Positions 11,767 through 21,688 of a stretch of DNA of 64,000 bases are shown piece after piece. The translations under genes and the position numbers were made by a program. The DNA lies in contig OZ242311.1 of the NCBI GenBank assembly GCA_965207885.1, positions 5,024,001 through 5,088,000 on the forward strand. Direction: 5' to 3'. The notes under the pieces are model-generated. The model saw only the letters and a program-made list of their open reading frames with translations. It did not search any database and was not told where the DNA came from. Numbering within the stretch: position 1 is the stretch's first letter; every line of letters begins with the position of its first letter. The DNA comes from Candidatus Latescibacterota bacterium (GTDB lineage: Bacteria; Latescibacterota; UBA2968).

Positions 11767-13647
11767 TTATCCAGAAGTGCCAAAGCTGGCGGTAAAGATC
11801 AGAAAATCCTCGAACCCAATCGTCCCATCGCCATCCAGATCGTACCTGGCGTCGTAACCAGAATCGCCTCGACTGGTCCCGAATTTCTCTACAAATGCCA
11901 GGAAATCTGTAAAATCGACCCGCCCATTTCTATCAAAGTCGGGCGTTTTCGCCACCCATTCAGATATATCCCACAGCTTGATCGTTCCATCATAAGACCC
12001 TGAAGCGAGCGTCTTACCATCGGGCGAAAAGACCACTGAAGTGACAGTCCCCGTATGCCCTCTAAGTGTAGAGATATTTTCTCCTGTCGAAACGTCCCAC
12101 AGCCTGATCAATCCATTCCTTCCCCCTGAAACGAGCACTGTCCCATCGGACGAAAAGACCACTGAAGCGAGATAACCTGTATGCCCTGTAAGGGTAGAGA
12201 TATTTTTTCCTGTCGAAACGTCCCACAGCCTGGTCGTTCGATCCCATCCCCCTGAAGCGAGCGTCTTACCATCGGGCGAAAAGACCACATCATAGACACG
12301 ACGATCTGGCCATGGGTGAGAAAATGTAGAGATATTTTTTCCTGTCGAAACGTCCCACAGCCTGGTCGTTCGATCCCATCCCCCTGAAGCGAGCATCCTA
12401 CCATCGGGCGAAAAGACTACTGAGTTGACATTCTCCGTATGCCCTGTAAGGGTAGAGATATTTTTTCCTGTCGAAACGTCCCACAGCTTGATCGTTCCAT
12501 CATAAGACCCTGAAGCGAGCATCCTACCATCGGGCGAAAAGACTACTGAGTTGACATCCTCCGTATGCCCTGTAAGGGTAGAGATATTTTTTCCTGTCGA
12601 AACGTCCCACAGCTTGATCGTTTTATCTCCTGACCCTGAAGCAAACATCCTGCCATCGGGCGAAAAGACCACTGAATAGGTAGACCAGTCATGCCCTATA
12701 CGGGTAAAGATATTTTTTCCTGTCGAAACGTCCCACAGCCTGATCGTTCCAAATACTGAAGCGAGTATCCTACCATCGGGGGAAAAGGCTATATCACTGA
12801 TACCACCCGCATGCCCGGGGAGAAAAAATGTAGAGATAATTTCTCCTGTCGAAACGTCCCACAGCCAGATTATTTCCTGTTCCCCTCCTGAAGCGAGCGT
12901 CTTACCATCGGGCGAATACGCCACTGATCTGATAGAACTATAACTCTCAAGTCCTGGTCCTGTAAGGGTAGAGATATTTTCTCCTGTCGAAACGTCCCAC
13001 AGCTTGATCGTTCCATCAAAAGACCCTGAAGTAAGTGTCTTACCATCGGACGAATACGCCACTGAAGTGACGACATTCGAATGTCCTGTAAGGGTAGAGA
13101 TATTTTCTCCTGTCGAAACGTCCCACAGCTTGACCGTGTCATCATGAGACCCTGAAGCAAGCGTCTTACCATCGGGCGAAAAGACTACAGACTCGATAGT
13201 ATTCGGAAACCTCCTTCTACCATAAGTATTATACCCTATAAGGGTAGAGATATTTTCTCCTGTCGAAACGTCCCACAGCTTGATCGTTCCACCCGTTGAT
13301 CCTGAAGCGAGCGTCTTACTATCGGACGAAAAGGCTACAGACCAGACACTACCCCTATACCCTTTACGATTTCTAAGATTTTCTCCTACCTTAACGTCCC
13401 ATAACTTTTCTCCTGTCGCAACGTCAAACAGCCTGATCCCTCCAGGCCATACCCCTGAAGCGAGCATTGTCCCATCGGGCGAAAAGGCCACTGATCTGAC
13501 CTTATCTGCAGTATCACGCCCTGCAAAGGTGGCAATAAGGTTATTTCCATAACAGGGTGCAGTGAAAAATAGTTGCGATAGAGCCAACGGAAACGCCAAC
13601 GTGAGAATAGCTTTGCCTGCGCGGGTAGAAATGAGTTTGAAACGCAT
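11767..13647 (-). CDS. Secreted WD40-repeat protein with C-terminal dockerin/EF-hand-like module
   Basis: Signal peptide, about 12 WD40 units (GH...SPDG..LASG..D.TIKLWD), DFDRNGRVDFTDF..DLDGDGTIGFEDF. Confidence 0.9.
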   Translation of the reverse strand: MRFKLISTRAGKAILTLAFPLALSQLFFTAPCYGNNLIATFAGRDTADKVRSVAFSPDGTMLASGVWPGGIRLFDVATGEKLWDVKVGENLRNRKGYRGSVWSVAFSSDSKTLASGSTGGTIKLWDVSTGENISTLIGYNTYGRRRFPNTIESVVFSPDGKTLASGSHDDTVKLWDVSTGENISTLTGHSNVVTSVAYSSDGKTLTSGSFDGTIKLWDVSTGENISTLTGPGLESYSSIRSVAYSPDGKTLASGGEQEIIWLWDVSTGEIISTFFLPGHAGGISDIAFSPDGRILASVFGTIRLWDVSTGKNIFTRIGHDWSTYSVVFSPDGRMFASGSGDKTIKLWDVSTGKNISTLTGHTEDVNSVVFSPDGRMLASGSYDGTIKLWDVSTGKNISTLTGHTENVNSVVFSPDGRMLASGGWDRTTRLWDVSTGKNISTFSHPWPDRRVYDVVFSPDGKTLASGGWDRTTRLWDVSTGKNISTLTGHTGYLASVVFSSDGTVLVSGGRNGLIRLWDVSTGENISTLRGHTGTVTSVVFSPDGKTLASGSYDGTIKLWDISEWVAKTPDFDRNGRVDFTDFLAFVEKFGTSRGDSGYDARYDLDGDGTIGFEDFLIFTASFGTSG

Positions 13648-13785
13648 GATGGTTACTCCGTTTTAGTGTATAGTGTAGAAGGTTCTATAGGATGGGGAAG
13701 TGGTCCCATACGGTAAAAAGTTCAGTGAGTGCATCAGTCGGGCAACCACAAATCACTACTTTTGACAATATCTCGGAAGCGCGAT

Positions 13786-15723
13786 TTATGACCTTTCTTC
13801 ACCAAAGACGTTGGCGAAGAGCAGAAAATCGCTAAACCCAATCCTGCCATCCCCATCCAGATCATACCGCGCGTCATACCCTGCATCCCCCTGGCTCAAC
13901 CCGAACTGTGCCACAAATAGCAAAAAATCGCCAAAGCCAACCGTGCCATCGCCGTCGAAGTCAGACGGAAGCATTTGAGATGTGATATACAGCGTATCCC
14001 ACAGCAGAACAGTGCCGTCCGCACTTCCGCTTGCTAGGGTCTGCCCATCCGGACTAAACGAGACGCTCCTGACCCAAGCCGTATGGCCTGTGAGTGTGCG
14101 AAGAGGGCTGCCTGTCCTCATATCCCATAAACGGATGGTATTGTCAAAACTCCCGCTTGCCAAAATCTGCCCATCCGGACTAAACGAGACGCTATTGACC
14201 CAAGCCGTATGGCCTGTAAGTGTGCGAAGAGGGCTGCCCGTGCTCACTTCCCATAAACGGATGGTATTGTCCCTACTCCCGCTTGCCAAAATCTGCCCAT
14301 CCGGACTAAACGAAATGCTCAAGACCTGCCCCGTATGGCCTGTGAGTGTGCGAAGAGGGCTGCCTGTCCTCATATCCCATAAACGGATAGTATCGTCCTG
14401 ACTCCCGCCTGCCAAAATCTGTCCATCCGGACTAAACGAGACGCTCCAGACCCAAGCCGTATGGCCTGTAAGTGTGCGAAGAGGGCTGCCTGTCCTCATA
14501 TCCCATAAACCGATGGTATTGTCACTACTCCCACTTGCCAAAATCTGCCCATCCGGACTAAACGAAATGCTCAAGACATTCTCCGTATGGTCTGTGAGTG
14601 TGCGAAGATGGCTGCCCGTGCTCACTTCCCATAAACGGATGGTATTGTCAAAACTCCCGCTTGCCAAAATCTGTCCATCCGGACTAAACGAGACGCTCCA
14701 GGCATGCCCCGTATGGCCTGTGAGTGTGCGAAGATGGCTGCCCGTGCTCACTTCCCATAAACGGATGGTATTGTCAAAACTCCCGCTTGCCAAAATCTGT
14801 CCATCCGGACTAAACGAAATGCTCAAGACATTCTCCGTATGGTCTGTGAGTGTGCGAAGATGGCTGCCCGTGCTCACTTCCCATAAACGGATGGTATTGT
14901 CCCTACTCCCACTTGCCAAAATCTGTCCATCCGGACTAAACGAGACGCTCCTGACCACATGCGTATGGCCTGTGAGTGTGCGAAGATGGCTGCCCGTGCT
15001 CACTTCCCATAAACGGATGGTATCGTCACTACTCCCACTTGCCAAAATTTGTCCATCTGGGCTAAACGATACACTCCGGACACTCCCCGTATGGCCTGTG
15101 AGTGTGCGAAGATGGCTGCCCGTGTTCACTTCCCATAAATCGATGGTATTGTCAAAACTCCCGCTTGCCAAAATCTGTCCATCCGGACTAAACGAGACGC
15201 TCGTGACACTCCCCGTATGGCCTGTGAGTGTGCGAAGATGGCTGCCCGTGCTCACTTCCCATAAACGGATGGTATCGTCACTACTCCCACTTGCCAAAAT
15301 CTGTCCATCCGGACTAAACGAGACGCTCGTGACACTCCCCGTATGGCCTGTGAGTGTGCGAAGATGGCTGCCCGTGCTCACTTCCCATAAACGGATGGTA
15401 TCGTCACTACTCCCACTTGCCAAAATTTGTCCATCTGGGCTAAACGATACACTCCAGACAACCTCTGTATGGCCTGTGATCAAGGAAAGTTCTTCACCAG
15501 TCTGTGTATCGTAGAGCCAAATACCGATGCTGCTTCCAACGGCAAGACGTGTTCCATCCGGAGAGTACGCGATTTCGGATATCCGGCCTTTTCCCAGGCG
15601 TGCTTTTGCACCTTCAGGTAGATGCCACATATTCCCTACAGAGGCGGTCTGGGCAAAGCTTTCCTGCACAAACAGGGCCATAACCAACAAGATAGGGAGA
15701 TGGAACAATCGGTTCTTTTTCAT
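13786..15723 (-). CDS. Secreted WD40-repeat protein with C-terminal dockerin/EF-hand-like module
   Basis: Signal peptide MKKNRLFHLP..., LPEGAKARLGKG cap, about 12 near-identical 42-aa WD40 units, DFDGDGTVGFGDF. Confidence 0.92.
   Translation of the reverse strand: MKKNRLFHLPILLVMALFVQESFAQTASVGNMWHLPEGAKARLGKGRISEIAYSPDGTRLAVGSSIGIWLYDTQTGEELSLITGHTEVVWSVSFSPDGQILASGSSDDTIRLWEVSTGSHLRTLTGHTGSVTSVSFSPDGQILASGSSDDTIRLWEVSTGSHLRTLTGHTGSVTSVSFSPDGQILASGSFDNTIDLWEVNTGSHLRTLTGHTGSVRSVSFSPDGQILASGSSDDTIRLWEVSTGSHLRTLTGHTHVVRSVSFSPDGQILASGSRDNTIRLWEVSTGSHLRTLTDHTENVLSISFSPDGQILASGSFDNTIRLWEVSTGSHLRTLTGHTGHAWSVSFSPDGQILASGSFDNTIRLWEVSTGSHLRTLTDHTENVLSISFSPDGQILASGSSDNTIGLWDMRTGSPLRTLTGHTAWVWSVSFSPDGQILAGGSQDDTIRLWDMRTGSPLRTLTGHTGQVLSISFSPDGQILASGSRDNTIRLWEVSTGSPLRTLTGHTAWVNSVSFSPDGQILASGSFDNTIRLWDMRTGSPLRTLTGHTAWVRSVSFSPDGQTLASGSADGTVLLWDTLYITSQMLPSDFDGDGTVGFGDFLLFVAQFGLSQGDAGYDARYDLDGDGRIGFSDFLLFANVFGEERS
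13990..15480. repeat. Coding tandem array of 126-nt WD40 repeats
   Basis: Recurrent ccataaacggatggtattgtc...gccaaaatctgtccatccggactaaacga with a 126-nt period. Confidence 0.9.
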
Positions 15724-15856
15724 CTGAACAGTTTTCCTTTCAGACGGATGTGTGGGTGACATAATGCAGTTCCTTTCTAACTACTCAGCGTGTGTCAAAA
15801 CTCCAAATGTCATCGCAGATTGGGCAGATTATCTTTTGGATGTGCAAGAGGTGAGC

Positions 15857-16124
15857 TTTGACAATATCTCGGAAGCGCGATTTATGACCTTTCTTCACTA
15901 AAGGCGTTGGCGAAGAGCAGAAAATCGCTAAACCCAATCAGACCATCTCTATCCAGATCATACCGCGAGTCATACCCTGCATCCCCCTGGCTCAACCCGA
16001 ACTGTGCCACAAATAGCAAAAAATCGCCAAAGCCAACCGTGCCATCGCCGTCGAAGTCAGACGGAAGCATTTGAGATGTGATATACAGCGTATCCCACAG
16101 CAGAACCGTGCCATCAGCAGTTCC
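15857..16124. repeat. Direct duplication of 13761-14028 (gene 3' end plus downstream flank)
   Basis: tttgacaatatctcggaagcgcgatttatgacc... repeated at an offset of 2096 nt. Confidence 0.9.
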
Positions 16125-16295
16125 AGAGGCCAGCTTTGTCCCATCTGGCGAAAACGACACAGACGACGACGCAGCCGCATGCTTAAAGTTGCTCCTAGCA
16201 CGGCTATCTTGCACGATCAGAAAACTGACCAACAGGAGGGTAAGCTTGAGGCTGATTACCGGAAAAAAGACAGAATGAAGAATGAGCTTTTTCAT
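15882..16295 (-). pseudogene. Collapsed/chimeric WD40-dockerin gene (leader, one WD unit, tag)
   Basis: Signal peptide joined to a single hybrid WD unit and a C-terminus nearly identical to that of 13786-15723. Confidence 0.65.
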
Positions 16296-16429
16296 GGGAC
16301 TATCCTTATAACTCAAGTTGTGTGGTATAAAGGGGACTGTGGCCATGTTTTGACAGACAGCTCAATTTTTGGTAAAAAACTTGTGTTTCATACTGCGCAT
16401 CGTCCTGATAGGAATCCTAACATTTATCT

Positions 16430-17626
16430 TAAAGTACACGACAAAAAATAAAAGACCTGTGCAAAACGTGAAAAAGAGTTAGGTTTGAATGTGTGAAAAC
16501 GAACCTTCTCATCTCAACAAGGCACAGGTCTATGTCTCGTCAAGTTATACAACTTCACCATGTATTGCAAGGCCATTTTGGGTGGCATAAAGCACGCATC
16601 ACTTTCACAGCGGCCTTCATCTTGTCTTTGGTCAAGCTGAGCAGGGTCAACTTCGCCAAATTGGCTAATGCGCTAAATGGACAGGTCAAACCGCAATCAA
16701 ATTACCGCAGGATACAGCGTTTTTTCGCTGAGTTTGACATTCCTTATGAAGCCGTGACGCGACTGATCTTGCACTTATTACCTATAAAGACCGATTTTGC
16801 AGTCTCAATAGATCGCACTAATTGGAAGTTAGGCAAATTCAATATCAACATCCTAACCGCAGGCATTATCTATGAAGGGGTCGCCTTTCCTATGTGTTGG
16901 CACTTGTTAAAAAAACGAGGCAATTCCAATAGTGATGAGCGTATCAATTTGATGAAACAGGTGCTTACGCGCATTCCCAAGTCTCATATCCGCGTTGTAT
17001 TGGCAGATAGAGAATTCATTGGAAGAGAATGGTTTGCGTGGTTAGACACACAAAACATCCCTTTTGTCATCCGCATCAAGGAAAATGCCCTTGTCTCAAG
17101 GGCAGATAGAGAGATACCCATAAAAAAACTCTTTGAAAATTTGCACATCCATCAGCAGGTCAGCCTACAAAGACCTCGCCGCGTTTATGACCTACCTGTG
17201 TATGTGTCTGCGCTAAGATTGAAGGATCAATACCTCATTCTTGCAAGCAACCAACAACGTCAAGTCGCATTGGAGGTGTATAAAAAACGTTGGGGCATTG
17301 AAGTCCTTTTTGCAAATTTGAAAAGTCGAGGATTTAATCTGGAAGAGACCCACCTTATACATCAAGATCGCATTGAAAAACTCATCGCGCTTTTGGCTAT
17401 TGCCTGCACCTGGGCCCATATCATCGGCGAATGGATCGCCCTTACAAAACCTTTGAAGGTCAAAAACCACGGACGGATGGAAAAAAGTCTCTTCCGATAT
17501 GGGTTGGACTATTTGCAGTATGTCCTGCTCAATATACACCAACAAGCCCAGCAGTTCCTCAAATGCATTCGTTTACTGATTAATCCGCCAGATTTTAACC
17601 CGATTTAGGTTTTGTCGTGTACTATG
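16430..17626 (+). mobile_element. IS4-family insertion sequence, copy 1
   Basis: TIRs taaagtacacgacaaaa / ttttgtcgtgtactatg; 9-bp TSD CATTTATCT at 16421-16429 and 17627-17635. Confidence 0.92.
16532..17608 (+). CDS. IS4-family DDE transposase
   Basis: IDRTNWK, LADREF, YKKRWGIEVLFANLK (YREK motif). Confidence 0.93.
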   Translation: MSRQVIQLHHVLQGHFGWHKARITFTAAFILSLVKLSRVNFAKLANALNGQVKPQSNYRRIQRFFAEFDIPYEAVTRLILHLLPIKTDFAVSIDRTNWKLGKFNINILTAGIIYEGVAFPMCWHLLKKRGNSNSDERINLMKQVLTRIPKSHIRVVLADREFIGREWFAWLDTQNIPFVIRIKENALVSRADREIPIKKLFENLHIHQQVSLQRPRRVYDLPVYVSALRLKDQYLILASNQQRQVALEVYKKRWGIEVLFANLKSRGFNLEETHLIHQDRIEKLIALLAIACTWAHIIGEWIALTKPLKVKNHGRMEKSLFRYGLDYLQYVLLNIHQQAQQFLKCIRLLINPPDFNPI

Positions 17627-17640
17627 CATTTATCTATAAA

Positions 17641-17656
17641 CGCAAAAAGTGTGCCA
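17641..17656 (-). promoter_or_regulatory. Sigma54 -24/-12 promoter facing the WD40 cluster
   Basis: TGGCACACTTTTTGCG (GG-N10-GC). Confidence 0.8.
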
Positions 17657-17728
17657 GTGTGAATAAATCCGAACTATTATACTCGTAAGATGTTATTTTT
17701 AATTAGGATAGAATTATTAATAAAAAAA

Positions 17729-17790
17729 GAGCCAGACTTATCTTATATTTTCGAGAACATATATGATCCCAAAAATAATCAGTCTGACTC
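17729..17790. promoter_or_regulatory. Candidate enhancer (inverted half-sites 42 bp apart)
   Basis: GAGCCAGACT-N42-AGTCTGACTC, conserved at 21411-21472. Confidence 0.55.
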
Positions 17791-17847
17791 TTAAGTATTT
17801 TAATAATAGTACTTTAACAATAAAAGAACATATATGGTCCTAAAAGA

Positions 17848-20800
17848 TCATATATGTTCTTTATCCGGGCGTTTGATACCCAGTTTTCTCATTTTCCCAT
17901 ATAACGTCCCAGGGTTTAGTCCCAGCAATGCTGCCGCTCCTCCGACTCCCTTTATTTTCCAATTGGTGGCTTTAAGCATTTCGAGGATATAGCGTCGATC
18001 ATGTTCATCCAAAGACACGACTTCTCGGTCTTGTGGAGTGGGTAAGGTGCTCCTCCTAGGAGGTGAGGCTGTGATTTGAGAACTAATCATTCCAAGATCA
18101 CCCACTTCGATTTGAGAACCGCTGCACACGATTACGGCGCGTTGTATAGTATGCTCTAATTCTCGCACATTGCCTGGCCAATCATAGGCTTGCAGCACTT
18201 CTATCACCTCTACTGTCAAAGGGGCAATTTGCTTATCCAGATGCGCTGCCATTCGATTCTTGAAAAACTCGGCCAGGTCTGGTATATCCTCCTTGCGCTC
18301 GCGCAGAGACGGCAAATACATCGGAAAGGCATTGAGGCGATAATAGAGATCCTCGCGGAAAGTACCTGTGCTGACCATCTCCTTCAAGTCGCGATTCGTC
18401 GCTGCCACAATCCGCGCTTGTATCCTCAGCGTCTCGCTACCCCAACGCGCTCAAACGTGCCCTCTTCCAGCAAGCGCAACATCCTGGCCTGCGTTTCCAG
18501 AATCATGTCGCCGACCTCATCCAAAAAGAGCGTGCCGCCCTTAGCCAGTTCTACCTTGCCCAGCTTGCGAGACACTGCGCTGGTAAACGCGCCCTTCTCG
18601 TGACCAAACAGTTCACTATCAATCAACGTCGCTGGCAGTGCACCGCAGTTGACCTGCATAAATGGACCATCGCACTTGGCACTCAGCGCGTGTAACACCC
18701 GTGCAGCCAATCCCTTGCCCACACCCGTCTCGCCTTTAAACAGTACTGCAAGATTAGTAGATGCGACCTGTCTAAGCTGAATTTGAAACGCGTGAAAAGC
18801 TGCACTCTGACCGATGAATTCTTTGCCAACGCCATCCGTACTGTTGATTATGGAAGTCAGTGCACTGATGCGCGGGTCCATCTCCACCGAAAGCTGCGCC
18901 TGTGCGATCTCTGAATAATTGAGGTCGCGATCTATCGCCTGGACCTGAAACGTGTACTCACCCGGCGGCAAGTCCCGGTAATGTGCCCGCATCTTTCGCG
19001 TCGCAGGCTGCCAGTCGGTATCGTATCCCTCCAAGCGATAGACATAGAGCATGTCGCGGGGATGGGTGGAAAAACTTGTGCCTTTATACTCGAAAATCAT
19101 CTGCTGAACTGTGGTAGATGCGATGATGTCCTGCGGGTTCTCATAGACCTGATCGGCTATCACTTTAAGCAGGCGAATCCGGGGAAGAACTTGTCGCAGA
19201 CGGTAGCGCACCAGAGAATTCAGAATTGTACCGAACCAGAAATTTCCATCGCGATCTTCAAGTATATGGGAAACCGGTTCTATATGCGGTGATTTGATGG
19301 TCTGAAAATGCTGGCCATCGTAGTGAACTACGCCTCCGTCTGTGCCGAGCCAGAGGTGGCCTCGAGAATCCTCGAACAAGCAATGGAGACGATTGCTCGG
19401 CAAACCGTCTTTCGTCGTGAAGGTCTGGAAGGCAACGCCATCAAAGCGACAAAGACCACTCTGAGTGGCGATCCACAGGTTGTCATCGCGGTCTAAGAGC
19501 AGGTCAGTGACACTGCCGTCTATCAGCCCGTCTTCAATCCCATAAAATTTAAGACCACCTTCGGGATGCCAGAGCGCGAAACCCTTGCCAGTACCTGAGA
19601 AATTTTCTTGAGAGAGATGAAAATAGATCTCGCCGTTGTGCCCGGCAATCACAGTGCCAATGCGGCTGAAAGGATCTTTCTTCTCCTCCTCCACAAAAAT
19701 GGTTTGAAACTCCTCGCCTTGCTGATAAATAATCTTCACGGGGCTATCAAAAAGGTCCTCTTTTCCTTTTTTAGAGCCGTTTTCCCAATACCCAAAAAGG
19801 AATCCCCCTTGCGAGTCCTGAGCAATCGCACAAACACTGCTTTCGCCTAAACCCGCGATTGTTTCTATTTTTTCAACCTTCTGCCCTTCGTAGCGGAACA
19901 GGCCATTGCGACCGCCAAACCACAGGTACCCGTCGTGATCCTCGTAGATGGCAAAACAGTTGTTGATATCAAAGTCATTACCGGTGCCTGCGAATGCAAA
20001 GTGCTCCCTATCGAAGCGAAAGACACTCTCGGTTAAACGGTTGATATTAGGAGACGCATACCCGCCCCATATATCACCTCGACAGTCTTGCACAATCTGT
20101 GAGATCTCATACACTCTATTGGATGGCTCTTCACTGGGACCGAAAACACTGATACTATACGCATCGTAAAGGCCGACGCCACCCCAGGTGGCGAACCACA
20201 ACTGATGCTCGCGATCCTGGAACACAGCTTTAACCGCGGGATGAGGCAGGCCATCAGCAGGAGTAAACTTGCTGAACCCACCTCCGTCCAGATAGAGCGC
20301 CCCATTCGCGGTGCAGAACCACATCCGACCTTCTCGATCGCTCTGAATTTTGCGCAGTGCGCCACCTAAATCTGTCTGAACAGACTGGAAGGTGCCATCG
20401 GCATAGCACCAGAGTCTATCTCCATATCCAGGCCGACCGACCCACACCTTGCCGGTATGGTCCTGCCCCACGGCATAGCTCGTCCTGCCTGGAGGAAAAC
20501 CCTCTTTCTCCTCATAGCGATAAAAGGATTCACCATCAAAGCGGATGAGGTAGTCAAAGCCAAACCACAGATGGCCTTCCATATCCTGGGCAATACCCCG
20601 ACATTTGTTGGGCCATTGAGGACAAGGTGGCTGCTCGTAGTCTTGCAGGTAGAGCGAAATCAAGTCGTGGAACACAGCGCCGTCGTAATATCCCAGAGTC
20701 CTGTGACCGCCACACCATATACGCCCTTCACTGTCTTCATAAATGAACTCCACAGCACGGCCTGCGATGCCGTCGTCCTCCAAATGGTGGAAATCTACTC

Positions 20801-21071
20801 CGTCGTACCAGCAGACGCCATTTAATGTGCCGAACCACAACCGGTTCTGACTATCCTTAAAAATAAAATAGACATGGTCGTTAATAAGACCGTCCTGCCG
20901 GGTAAAATGCTGAAACTCGTCTCCATCAAAGCGGCTGGCACCGTTGTTCCATGTAGCGAACCAGAGGTAACCTTCGCTATCTTCGGCAATGTGTTCAATG
21001 CGCACTCCGGCCAGACCATCGGCTATGGAATAAGTCCGCCAGGTGCCCGTTTGGTCAAGTGGTTTGGTCAT
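17848..21071 (-). pseudogene. Sigma54 enhancer-binding protein with Reg_prop beta-propellers, Y_Y_Y, AAA+ and Fis HTH; one frameshift
   Basis: DGL/EDSEG.LWF repeats, [30 protein letters not shown]; adding one G to the G4 run at 18440-18443 restores [18 protein letters not shown]. Confidence 0.85.
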
Positions 21072-21320
21072 GGAAAGAACCTTGTGATATGGAGAAAAAA
21101 CGGGTTCATAGTGTATCTCACATTTGCAAACTAAATAATAAACATGAGTGCCAAATATCCAAATACAAATTGCTCCTTAATCATTTGCCAAAATTTCCTT
21201 CTTTGTCTCCCCTTGCTTTTAACCTGGAGTAACGGCTGCAACCGATAGACAGATAGGAAATTCAGTCTCGGGTCTGCGTTATCTATTTTCAGGATAAAAT
21301 CTTTAATTTTCTCATTAGAA

Positions 21321-21336
21321 CGCAAAAAGTGTGCCA
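21321..21336 (-). promoter_or_regulatory. Sigma54 -24/-12 promoter facing the activator gene
   Basis: Identical TGGCACACTTTTTGCG inside a duplicated ~160-bp module. Confidence 0.78.
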
Positions 21337-21410
21337 CTGTGAATTGATTCGAATAATTATATTCGTAAAGTGTTACTTTTAATTGGGATAAAATTGTTAT
21401 TTTCAAAAAA

Positions 21411-21472
21411 AAGCCAGACTGAATTTTATATCAAGGGGCAATACATCGCCTCAGATATAATCAATCTGGCTC
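21411..21472. promoter_or_regulatory. Candidate enhancer, second copy
   Basis: AAGCCAGACT-N42-AATCTGGCTC. Confidence 0.55.
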
Positions 21473-21688
21473 GTATAATACTTCTTATCAAATATTTATG
21501 TAAATTGGACGAAATTTCGCCCTTAAGGGCGTTTAAGGCCCGTCTTTTTTATTTTAGTAATTGCGTTTGGGCAGCAAGGGAATCAGCTATTGCCATTGCG
21601 CTTTGGTTACATTTGTCGGATATTGCCTGTGTATTCATCGCTTCTTTTTTTTAAAAATAATTTTAAAACAGCTTCTCAGGAGTTTTAC

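Noticed and set aside
13990-15480. Regularly spaced repeats resembling a CRISPR array
   Set aside because: The period is 126 nt, in frame and coding for WD40 units; there are no unique spacers and no cas genes
14474-15514. 346-aa plus-strand ORF
   Set aside because: Antisense shadow of the WD40 repeat array
13761-16124. Duplicated gene 3' end as a DGR template/variable repeat pair
   Set aside because: No reverse transcriptase in the window, and the few differences are not adenine-specific
21131-21406. 91-aa ORF in the AT-rich region
   Set aside because: Overlaps the sigma54 promoter module; no RBS or homology evident
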